The translations under genes and the position numbers were made by a program. 64,000 bases of DNA, from NCBI GenBank assembly GCA_965217715.1, contig OZ244563.1, positions 1,289,188-1,353,187 of the forward strand. The letters run 5' to 3'. Below are positions 56,061 through 64,000 of the stretch, piece by piece; position 1 is the first letter of the stretch; the number at the start of each line of letters is the position of its first letter. Under the pieces are notes generated by a model. That model was not told the origin of the DNA and did no database searches. It saw only the letters and a list, made by a program, of their open reading frames with translations. The DNA is from Candidatus Poribacteria bacterium (GTDB taxonomy: Bacteria > Poribacteria > WGA-4E > WGA-3G).

Positions 56061-57398
56061 ATGAGTATCCGCACCGCAGGTGTCAATGGACAATCTGCGC
56101 GCAATGTCTATATTGAAACTTATGGATGCCAGATGAACGTCAGCGATAGTGAACTGATGGCAGGTATCTTGACGCAAGCAGGGCATCGGACTGTTTCTCA
56201 CATTGATGATGCGGATGTAATTTTACTCAATACTTGTGCAATACGGGAGAATGCTGAAACAAAAGTTATCAATCGACTTGAGCATTTGAATCATCGGAAA
56301 CGGCGAGAAGATAATCTAATTATTGGGGTTTGCGGATGTATGGCACAACATCTACGCGACAAACTTTTGAAAGCAGCACCGTATGTTGACCTCGTTATGG
56401 GGCCCGATGCCTATCGGAATTTACCGATGGCACTCAATGCTGTCGCCAGCGGCGATCCTTTTCTCGGTTTGCAGTTGGATAAAAGTGAAGATTATGCAGA
56501 CATAGCACCTATTCGTAAAGAGGGAATTCGGGCATGGCTCACTATTCAGCGCGGATGCGATAAGATGTGCACCTTCTGTATTGTCCCGTTTGTGAGAGGT
56601 AGAGAACGGAGTATACCACTGAAATTCCTTACAGATGATGTCAAAAGGCTTGTTGATGAAGGGTTCAAAGAAATTGTTCTACTCGGACAAACGGTAAATT
56701 CCTATTATGATGGTGAGCATGATTTTGGTAAACTCCTATGGACTATTGCTGAAGTTGACGGCGTGGAACGGGTGCGATTCACTTCGCCTCACCCTGCAGA
56801 TGCAACCGATAGCATGATTGATGCGATGGAAAATTGTCCGCAAGTCTGTAAACAACTCCATCTTCCGTTACAATCTGGCTCAACACAAGTATTAGAACGG
56901 ATGCGGCGTACTTATACAGCAGAAGAATATCGTGAACTGGTTTCAAAACTCAGGGAACGTATTCCACAGATTGCACTTTCAACGGACGTTATTGTCGGTT
57001 TTTGTGGCGAAACTGATGAAGATTTTATGCAAACCTATCAACTGATGGCAGATATCCGATTCGATTCAGCGTTTATGTTTAAGTATTCTGATAGAGAAGG
57101 GACTTTAGCGAACAAGTCATTGGAGGACGACGTTCTTGAGACTGAAAAAGCAAGACGACTAAATGAAATAATCAAGTTGCAAGAAGAAATTTCTGCAGAT
57201 ATCAATCAAGAGAAGGTTGGAACAACTGCTGCAGTTTTAGTAGAAGGAGATAGTCGACGTGACGCTCAGCAGTATCACGGTAAGACAGACACATTCAAAA
57301 CGACAGTTTTCCCAAAGGAGAACGCTCAAGTCGGTGACATTGTGAATGTTGAAATCCATTCTGCTACAGCGCATACGTTGATAGGCGAAATTGTTTGA
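56061..57398 (+). CDS. miaB: tRNA-i6A37 methylthiotransferase
   Basis: VYIETYGCQMN.SDSE, the radical-SAM motif GCDKMCTFCIVP, and a C-terminal TRAM-like segment. The start is set at the ATG at 56061 because upstream codons lie inside the MITE. Confidence 0.8.
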   Translation: MSIRTAGVNGQSARNVYIETYGCQMNVSDSELMAGILTQAGHRTVSHIDDADVILLNTCAIRENAETKVINRLEHLNHRKRREDNLIIGVCGCMAQHLRDKLLKAAPYVDLVMGPDAYRNLPMALNAVASGDPFLGLQLDKSEDYADIAPIRKEGIRAWLTIQRGCDKMCTFCIVPFVRGRERSIPLKFLTDDVKRLVDEGFKEIVLLGQTVNSYYDGEHDFGKLLWTIAEVDGVERVRFTSPHPADATDSMIDAMENCPQVCKQLHLPLQSGSTQVLERMRRTYTAEEYRELVSKLRERIPQIALSTDVIVGFCGETDEDFMQTYQLMADIRFDSAFMFKYSDREGTLANKSLEDDVLETEKARRLNEIIKLQEEISADINQEKVGTTAAVLVEGDSRRDAQQYHGKTDTFKTTVFPKENAQVGDIVNVEIHSATAHTLIGEIV

Positions 57399-57473
57399 TA
57401 GAAAATGGTTTTCAGTAAAGATTTTTAGCATAAATATTGCTTTTAATTCCATAACTATTTTCTAATAATAAAT

Positions 57474-58262
57474 ATGCAAAAGATTAGAATAAAAAACAAA
57501 TTAGAAATAAAAAAAATGAAGCGCAGCGGTCAAGCCGCGGCAAAAGTTTTGCAAGCAATTGCAGAGGCAATTCAACCTGGGATTTCCACTTACGAATTGG
57601 AAATGGTATCCCGCAAAACGATTGCTAATCTAAACGCAACATCATCATTTTTGAACTACGTAATTCCGGAACACAGTGCTTATCCCGCCACAATCTGTGT
57701 CTCTGTCAATGACAAAGTCATTCACGGTATCCCCGATAAATCAGAGGAGCTCACGGAAGGTGATATTATTGGTGTGGACACCGCTGTGAGCATTGACGGT
57801 TTTCACGGCGATAACGCCTTCACGTTTCCAGTAGGAAAAATATCTACCGAAGCACAAAGCTTACTGGATGCGACGAAAGCCTCGCTGTACGCTGCAATAT
57901 CAGAAGCAAAACCGGGGAACCGTATAGGCGATGTCTCTTTTCAACTCCAAAATGTTGCTGAAAGGGCAGGATTCTCCGTCATTCAGAATTTTTCTGGACA
58001 CGGTATTGGTCGAAACCTGCATGAAGAACCACAAATCCCCACTACTGGCAAACCGGGTCGTGGTGTCCGTTTACGACCAGGGATGGTGCTTGCCATTGAA
58101 GCAATGGTCAACGCAGGGCACCCTGGTGTGGATGCCTTGGAAGATGGGTGGAGTATTGTTACGTCAGATGGAAGTTTGTCTGCCCTCTTTGAGCATACGG
58201 TGGCTGTTCTTTCAGATGGACCTGAAATTCTAACTGGGAGTCCAATATGGGAAAATCCGTAA
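57474..58262 (+). CDS. map: Type I methionyl aminopeptidase
   Basis: The blocks VIHGIP, GDIIGVD, HGDNAFTF, GHGIGRNLHEEP, AIEAM and FEHTV are canonical MAP metal-ligand motifs. Confidence 0.9.
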   Translation: MQKIRIKNKLEIKKMKRSGQAAAKVLQAIAEAIQPGISTYELEMVSRKTIANLNATSSFLNYVIPEHSAYPATICVSVNDKVIHGIPDKSEELTEGDIIGVDTAVSIDGFHGDNAFTFPVGKISTEAQSLLDATKASLYAAISEAKPGNRIGDVSFQLQNVAERAGFSVIQNFSGHGIGRNLHEEPQIPTTGKPGRGVRLRPGMVLAIEAMVNAGHPGVDALEDGWSIVTSDGSLSALFEHTVAVLSDGPEILTGSPIWENP

Positions 58263-58921
58263 AAATACTTACGGTTGCCATTGCAATCTTACTATTCATT
58301 TCCCTTTATCTCATCTTCGGATATGCAGCGGTGGAAAAATCCATGCTGGAAGTCCAGAAGATTTTCTACTTACACGTTTCAGCTGCAATGATTGTATATC
58401 TGGCATTTGGTGTGAACTTCATATTTAGCATAAAGTATCTGATTAAACGCAAATCGAACGATGACCTACTGGCAGTATCAGCAGCTGAAATAGGTCTTGT
58501 TTTTTGTACTATTGTGCTTCTTTCTGGACCGATTTGGGCGAAATATGCTTGGAATACTTGGTGGAACTGGGAAGCACGACTCACAAGCACACTTGTTCTC
58601 TGGCTAATGTACGTTGGGTATTTCATTCTGCGTTCTGCTTTAGCTGAAGACAAACGCAAACTCTATTCAGCTGTGCTTGGAATTATCGCCTTTTTTGATG
58701 TGCCGATAGTCCATTTTGCCACGAAATTCTGGGAATCAAAACATCATCCAGAGCGTGGAGCAAAAGTCGATGTAGTTCCAACCATACTACATACATGGAT
58801 TGTGGTGCTGATAGCATTCATAATCTTGTTTACGCTGCTATTAATTTTGCAGTATCAGATCAAAAAGACGGAGTCACGGTATGAGGTGATACGCCGGAAA
58901 CATATAGAGGAGACATCTTGA
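58247..58921 (+). CDS. ccmC: Heme exporter/cytochrome c biogenesis protein CcmC family
   Basis: Polytopic membrane protein with the W-rich motif WAKYAWNTWWNWEARLTS. Confidence 0.75.
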   Translation: MGKSVKILTVAIAILLFISLYLIFGYAAVEKSMLEVQKIFYLHVSAAMIVYLAFGVNFIFSIKYLIKRKSNDDLLAVSAAEIGLVFCTIVLLSGPIWAKYAWNTWWNWEARLTSTLVLWLMYVGYFILRSALAEDKRKLYSAVLGIIAFFDVPIVHFATKFWESKHHPERGAKVDVVPTILHTWIVVLIAFIILFTLLLILQYQIKKTESRYEVIRRKHIEETS

Positions 58922-59277
58922 TGCGAATTGTTATTATAATTAGTTTTCTAATCGTCGTCGGTTTGGTATTCTTGGCGATTCAGGTGCCAACTATAGACAG
59001 TAAAAAGATTGACGCAGCTGTCAAGGAAGCAATATCGGAATCTCAAGTTACCACAGATGATGAAGATACCGTAAGACAAGCCGTTAACCTTTCAATCGAA
59101 AAACTGGAATTGGCACAACGCAAACGCCTTAAATACCTTGTCTCCGCATATCTCGTTATTTGGTTGGTTTTTATGCTCTACTTGTTGCGTTTGGGGAGGC
59201 AGCAGCAAGCATTAGATCAACGTCTTGCACAATTGGAGCATCAAACATCCGATAGCCAAGATGAATCCATAGGATGA
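58918..59277 (+). CDS. ccmD: CcmD-like small membrane protein with an N-terminal extension
   Basis: The second TM YLVSAYLVIWLVFMLYLLRL, followed by a coiled tail, resembles CcmD. ATGA-type overlap with ccmC. Confidence 0.45.
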   Translation: MMRIVIIISFLIVVGLVFLAIQVPTIDSKKIDAAVKEAISESQVTTDDEDTVRQAVNLSIEKLELAQRKRLKYLVSAYLVIWLVFMLYLLRLGRQQQALDQRLAQLEHQTSDSQDESIG

Positions 59278-59335
59278 TTCCGAATCTTCTACAGAATGTA
59301 TTTCTCCCACCCGAAGAAAGAGAAATCTAAAAGAG

Positions 59336-60967
59336 ATGACAAAAACAAAAGTCGCTAACTTTAGCGAACTCAAAGACCGTGTACCCGCCTACGCCCTTGT
59401 TGCAAATGTAGATTTAGTTGTAATCCGATATGATGACCAGATTTCTGTTTTATACGGAAGGTGTCATCACCGTGGTGCCTTGCTTGCCGATGGTTTTATT
59501 GATGGTGATAACCTAATCTGTGGTGTTCACTATTGGGATTACCGCTACGATACAGGGATAAGCGAGTATCTGAATTCTGAACGTCTCGAAAAATTTTCCG
59601 CATGGATTGAAGACGACGTTGTCTACGTTGACGAAGATGAAATCCGCGAGTGGGAAAGCCAGAATCCGCAGCCTTATCACCGTGATCAGTATCAGGGAAA
59701 TTACCAAGATATTCACGGGACAATAGAAGAACCTTATGTTGCTGAAATCCAGGAATTGGCAAGTAATGGACTTAACAAAGTTGGACATCATGGACAGACA
59801 GCAGCAATGGGAGTGCTTCGGAAAGACCTACCAAATTGGGATGATCTGCAGTTTGTCGTTGCACAACTTCACAAAACACCACTTCTTGACGAAACAGAAG
59901 TTAGCACTGAATTAGTTGTCGGTTCACGGGCAAAAAAACCGCTCAAGTTGAAGATTCCTATCTTTGTCTCTGATATGAGTTTCGGTGCGTTGTCGTCTGA
60001 AGCAAAAGTTGCATTGGCAAAGGGCGCAGAAATGGCAGGCACAAGTATCTGTTCCGGTGAAGGTGGTATGCTCCAAGCTGAGGCAGAAGCAAACAATCGC
60101 TATTTTTATGAGTTGGCATCCGCACGATTCGGTTTCTCTTTTGAAAAATTAGATAATGCACAGGCATTTCACTTCAAAGGCGGACAAGGGGCGAAAACCG
60201 GAACTGGTGGACATCTTCCCGGTGTTAAGGTGACTGAAGAGATAGCCGCGGTGCGTGGATTATCCGCGGGTCAACCTGCAATCTCCCCCGCACGGTTTCC
60301 TGATTGGGAAACGCTTGACGATTATGCAAAATTCGCTGAATTAGTGCGGAAGGAAACAGGTGGTATTCCAATTGGGTTTAAACTCTCTGCTCAACATATT
60401 GAGAAAGATATTGAAGCAGCCCTTAACATTGGTGTGGATTACATCATTTTGGATGGTCGCGGCGGAGGAACGGGTGCTGCACCACTTCTGTTCCGGGATA
60501 ATATCTCAGTGCCGACAATGCCTGCCTTAGCACGCGCACGCAAATATCTTGATGAGACAGGAAACAGCGACGTAACGCTTATTATCACTGGTGGTTTGCG
60601 GACAGCGGCGGATTTTGCTAAGGCGTTAGCACTCGGTGCGGATGGTGTTGCGATTGCAAATTCTGCAATGCAAGCAATCGGATGCATCGGGATGCGGGCA
60701 TGTCATACGAATAACTGTCCTGTCGGGATTGCTACGCAAAAAGAAAATCTACGGGCACGATTGAAGGTAGACATTGCATCACAAAGGTTAAATCGGTTTC
60801 TATCTGCTTCCGTTGAATTGATGCAGGTTTTAGCGCGTGCATGCGGACATAACCATCTGAACCAGTTGAAGGTTGATGACCTTACCACTTGGAAACGCGA
60901 GATTGCATATTTGACAGGTGTAAAATATGGAGGGGTAGTGCCGTTGTATCCTGAATCTACAAACTAA
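59336..60967 (+). CDS. Rieske [2Fe-2S] domain fused to an FMN-binding glutamate-synthase-related (GltB domain 2-like) protein
   Basis: CHHRGALL...CGVHYWDY is a Rieske motif. It is followed by SDMSFGALS, GEGG, KGGQGAKTGTGGHLPG, LDGRGGGTGAAP and CHTNNCPVGIATQ. Confidence 0.8.
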   Translation: MTKTKVANFSELKDRVPAYALVANVDLVVIRYDDQISVLYGRCHHRGALLADGFIDGDNLICGVHYWDYRYDTGISEYLNSERLEKFSAWIEDDVVYVDEDEIREWESQNPQPYHRDQYQGNYQDIHGTIEEPYVAEIQELASNGLNKVGHHGQTAAMGVLRKDLPNWDDLQFVVAQLHKTPLLDETEVSTELVVGSRAKKPLKLKIPIFVSDMSFGALSSEAKVALAKGAEMAGTSICSGEGGMLQAEAEANNRYFYELASARFGFSFEKLDNAQAFHFKGGQGAKTGTGGHLPGVKVTEEIAAVRGLSAGQPAISPARFPDWETLDDYAKFAELVRKETGGIPIGFKLSAQHIEKDIEAALNIGVDYIILDGRGGGTGAAPLLFRDNISVPTMPALARARKYLDETGNSDVTLIITGGLRTAADFAKALALGADGVAIANSAMQAIGCIGMRACHTNNCPVGIATQKENLRARLKVDIASQRLNRFLSASVELMQVLARACGHNHLNQLKVDDLTTWKREIAYLTGVKYGGVVPLYPESTN

Positions 60968-61820
60968 CAAGCCAATTTGATAATGATGCGACTTGATCAG
61001 CGTCTGTTAAGTTAGCTGCGTTCTTCAGCGTTCCTTCTTCAAGATGTCTCCAAATTTCCTGTGCCATGCTGTCAACAATAACAGCCCCGATAAAAAAGAG
61101 GTATGGCGATAAGTTTCTTGTTGAAAAAGCAGTTCTGATACGAGTTAATGCAGTTTGTGCAGTTTTCCAGTGTTCGTCTGCTCCAGCAGGATCAATTCCT
61201 CCTTTCAGTTCACCAAAGGCAATAAACTTTTCAGGAACTCTGAAAGTCGCTGACTTTATCTCGTCTGGACCACAGTGGAGTAGACATATATCAATGTTTT
61301 TACTTACTAATGGGATAGTTTTATTGTAAATCATTGTCCGTGTTTCATATTTCCTTTCCCAACTCAGTCCTTTAACGCTCAATTCTATATCTGCTTCACT
61401 ACTTTTTCCCATGATCCATGTGTTACTAACAGCGTTATACCACTGAAAACTGGTTTTGGTTAATGTCAGCGCAGAAATAATTGCTCGGGTGACTTTTCTT
61501 TCCGCTAACTTGCCCGCTATGTTTCGCATTGCACCGCCTAACGAATCCCCACGTGTCAACAAAAATCGATAAACTAATTCCTCAACAAACTTTGTCCCCG
61601 CCGGCTCTAAAAAATTTTCTATCAATAGTTCTATTGCTCTTATTTGATTGACTTCATCTGTATGTCCAACTGCCTTATCTGAAAACCCTGCAGCTGTCAG
61701 TAACGCGGGACGAATCTCATCAATTTTGAGCAAATCAGTAGGGGTTTTGGCTTGCAGTGCAAAAACTTTCAATGCCCTTGCTTGTTCTACAAAAGGAGTA
61801 GCTTGTCGGTTTCTTTCCAA
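60957..61820 (-). CDS. Putative type II restriction endonuclease (PD-(D/E)xK-like)
   Basis: 287 aa, immediately downstream of the methyltransferase. Candidate catalytic pattern NIDICLL...FGELKGGID. The family was not recognised. Confidence 0.45.
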   Translation of the reverse strand: MERNRQATPFVEQARALKVFALQAKTPTDLLKIDEIRPALLTAAGFSDKAVGHTDEVNQIRAIELLIENFLEPAGTKFVEELVYRFLLTRGDSLGGAMRNIAGKLAERKVTRAIISALTLTKTSFQWYNAVSNTWIMGKSSEADIELSVKGLSWERKYETRTMIYNKTIPLVSKNIDICLLHCGPDEIKSATFRVPEKFIAFGELKGGIDPAGADEHWKTAQTALTRIRTAFSTRNLSPYLFFIGAVIVDSMAQEIWRHLEEGTLKNAANLTDADQVASLSNWLVSL

Positions 61821-61904
61821 CGCAAGAGTGACAAAACCGGAACGAATTTCCTCAGGGGAAGTTATGAGGTCGGTACTACTGGATAAATGTTGAGTTATAC
61901 GACA

Positions 61905-63332
61905 TTATCTTTTTTTCCAGACATACACACATTTACGAAGCGGTATGCGACCGTATGTACCCATTTGCTGACTACTGTTCCCCTTTTTTTCAGGCACTAC
62001 AAGGATTTTTTCAACCTCAAACCCCAACGTTCTTGCTATATCTGATAAAATCAGGTCTATGGAAATGCCGACACCTGCGTAGCGAACATTGTCGTTTACC
62101 ATGAAAATGTTTGCATTCGGTTTTAGTACACGGAAACACTCTCCAATGACGCATGCCATCTCATAAAAATAGCCGCGGACCATTCTCGGAATACTGTTGT
62201 TGTTTAATGTTCCAACTGTTTTTTCGTGTTCAAGATAGATATTGATTGTTTTTAACAATTTCTGATTGTTGGCTGCTTCTATAAATGGAAACCAATTTGG
62301 GCAGATTTTCAATAAGTTCTTTTCTCGATTTTCTACCGTACAACTGAGCATTTCTTGTCGTAAACTGGTAACTTCCAGATGTGTCAAGCCCAACATTGCC
62401 AACTCAAGGGCATAAGTACGAGTATAATCATACCGGTTACAATATGGAGGTGAAGTCATGATCGCAGTATACGATGCGGTTTCTAAGGTGGGTAAAATTT
62501 CAAGACAGGATCCTTTGAACAACTCAATATCACAATCAGTTTGTTCTATAGGAAAGAGAGTTGTAGGTACATTGAGTGAAGTAACATCTGATAAAATCTC
62601 TTTTAGTTTAGCAGTTATCGCAGGCGCGAATGAAAGAATTTCACCTTTGTTGAACGGTTTTGTACCTGGTCGTATTTTGCCCGAACGTGCATCCCAACGT
62701 AGATATTGACCATCTTTTCGGGTATAACTGATTGATTCTAAAACGCATAACAATGCGAGACGAAGAATTGTCTGTATTTTTTCGTTTTCCTGGTGCAGTG
62801 CACCTCTAAAGCGTTCAATTGCTTCTACTGTTTCCGGGGAATAAGCTCCTTCTGTAATCCGAAATGTACTAAAAGGCACTCTTTCCGGGAATTCCTTCCA
62901 CGGTTGGGACGTTATCCAGCGTTCAACTGTAGCAATATCAGCGGAAGTCAACCCGTTTAGCAATAAGAGTCGTGTTTGGATAATTTCCTGTCCGATAGGC
63001 AACAATTCTATTCCATCAGCGTGAATACCTTGTTCACTTGCGGCAAACAGTGTTGTTCCTATACCTGAAAACGGGTCAAGCACCTTTCCGTTTATCCCAC
63101 CTTCATAACCACTGAGAAAATACCCAACAAGTCCTGCTGAAAATGCTTCCTTGTATTTATACCAATTATAAGCAGGTTTGTCTTTATTTCCTTGAAAACT
63201 CACAAGTTTCCGAGACAAAAATGGGGCTATTGACAATTGCGATTTGAAATCCTCAGTGAGTTCAGCATCAAGTGCAACAATTTTTTCACGCAATTCAGAG
63301 GTTTGTGATTCAAGTTTGTTTTTAAGAGTCAT
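61905..63332 (-). CDS. DNA N6-adenine/N4-cytosine methyltransferase, alpha-type motif order
   Basis: Motif I VLDPFSGIGTTLFAA sits near residue 85 and motif IV TSPPYCNRYDY near residue 295, with about 200 aa (a putative target-recognition domain) between them. Confidence 0.75.
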   Translation of the reverse strand: MTLKNKLESQTSELREKIVALDAELTEDFKSQLSIAPFLSRKLVSFQGNKDKPAYNWYKYKEAFSAGLVGYFLSGYEGGINGKVLDPFSGIGTTLFAASEQGIHADGIELLPIGQEIIQTRLLLLNGLTSADIATVERWITSQPWKEFPERVPFSTFRITEGAYSPETVEAIERFRGALHQENEKIQTILRLALLCVLESISYTRKDGQYLRWDARSGKIRPGTKPFNKGEILSFAPAITAKLKEILSDVTSLNVPTTLFPIEQTDCDIELFKGSCLEILPTLETASYTAIMTSPPYCNRYDYTRTYALELAMLGLTHLEVTSLRQEMLSCTVENREKNLLKICPNWFPFIEAANNQKLLKTINIYLEHEKTVGTLNNNSIPRMVRGYFYEMACVIGECFRVLKPNANIFMVNDNVRYAGVGISIDLILSDIARTLGFEVEKILVVPEKKGNSSQQMGTYGRIPLRKCVYVWKKR

Positions 63333-63340
63333 AAGGACCT

Positions 63341-64000
63341 CTACTGACTACTATCCAGTATCTCTTCCCAATTGTGTTCCGGCGAATATCCCAATTCCTC
63401 TTCCGCTTGTTTCCAATCAAAACGCGAATCTGATCTTCCCGCTACTGCATTATATGCGCCATAAGTAACGTTTTCAGTTTCAATCGCACGTTCCACACAC
63501 TGTGCGACATCCCTCGGATCAACATAGACAAACCAAGGATCAGTTACGATTTCAGGTGCTGAAGGACCAGGATTAAGTCCGTCACCTGCAATAACGCCCG
63601 GACGGACATGTATGACTTTCAAACCGTGTGCCTGATGGTAGGCTAAACCTATCTGCTCGCCGAGGTGTTTCGCCAACGCATAATAAAGGTCACCAGCGCC
63701 AAACTGAAATGCATCATCTACCTGATATGGCGATTTGGCTCCGGGAGCAGGTGGAGACGCAGAAATACTTGAGATGTTAACCAATTTTTGCACACCCTGC
63801 CGCGCGCATGCCTCCGCAACATTCCATGTTCCCTTCACCATCACATCAGCAAATAACGGGTGAGGTTTACCGTGACGTTCCCGCACCAAGGCGACGAGGT
63901 GAACAACTGCATCTTGTCCCGCACACGCCGCTTCAATTTCAGATGCATTTGTTACATCTGCTTTGATAAATGTTGTCTCATCAAAATCGCTTTTCGGTTC
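63341..64000 (-). CDS. NAD-dependent epimerase/dehydratase (extended SDR), 5' end outside the window
   Basis: The frame is open to nt 64000 (EPKSDFDETTFIKADVTNASEIEAACAGQDAVVHLVAL...). The YxxxK-type motif LYYALAKHLGE is present. Confidence 0.75.
   Translation of the reverse strand, partial: EPKSDFDETTFIKADVTNASEIEAACAGQDAVVHLVALVRERHGKPHPLFADVMVKGTWNVAEACARQGVQKLVNISSISASPPAPGAKSPYQVDDAFQFGAGDLYYALAKHLGEQIGLAYHQAHGLKVIHVRPGVIAGDGLNPGPSAPEIVTDPWFVYVDPRDVAQCVERAIETENVTYGAYNAVAGRSDSRFDWKQAEEELGYSPEHNWEEILDSSQ

Overview
Bacterial chromosomal window, densely coding on both strands, moderately AT-rich by eye, with many 4-nt ATGA stop/start overlaps. The gene content includes a DUF1549/DUF1553 protein, tandem PhyH dioxygenases, several Gfo/Idh/MocA and xylose-isomerase-like TIM-barrel enzymes, a PorV/PorQ-like barrel and many TPR proteins. 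This suggests an uncultured PVC/FCB-type lineage, but I cannot assign it further from sequence alone. Core genes: the 3' part of an EF-G gene, rpoB, fumC, lon, rpiA, miaB, map, ccmC/ccmD, and an extraordinarily long rpoC (2,217 codons). The rpoC carries a Cys-rich N-terminal micro-insertion, a ~350-aa tandem-repeat coiled coil at the secondary-channel rim helices, and a ~615-aa trigger-loop insertion built from ~13 repeated modules. Accessory content: a type II restriction-modification pair (60.9-63.3 kb), an ISKra4-like insertion sequence (50.1-51.5 kb), a frameshifted DUF6883/DUF4926 pair, a TPR/PD-(D/E)xK/tail-anchor protein, and a ~640-bp insertion bounded by ~117-bp diverged direct repeats of a methyltransferase 3' end. 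Intergenic regions are saturated with at least two REP-like hairpin families (GGTAG-GYGCGGTT-TCCT-AACCGCRC and TGTAGGAGGG..CCC types). These are assembled into MITE-like composites, tandem 136-bp and 147-bp duplications, and one in-frame 3 x 33-bp array. The most system-like unexplained locus is a translationally coupled four-gene minus-strand operon at 31,703-34,647. It encodes an ABC/SMC-type ATPase, a small Toprim-like (E...DxD...ExE) protein, an RNHCP zinc-ribbon protein, and a membrane-anchored coiled-coil OmpA/MotB-like peptidoglycan-binding protein. I flag it as a candidate undescribed defence-type system. No rRNA, tRNA or CRISPR array was seen. All family assignments come from reading motifs in the translations and need HMM or BLAST confirmation.
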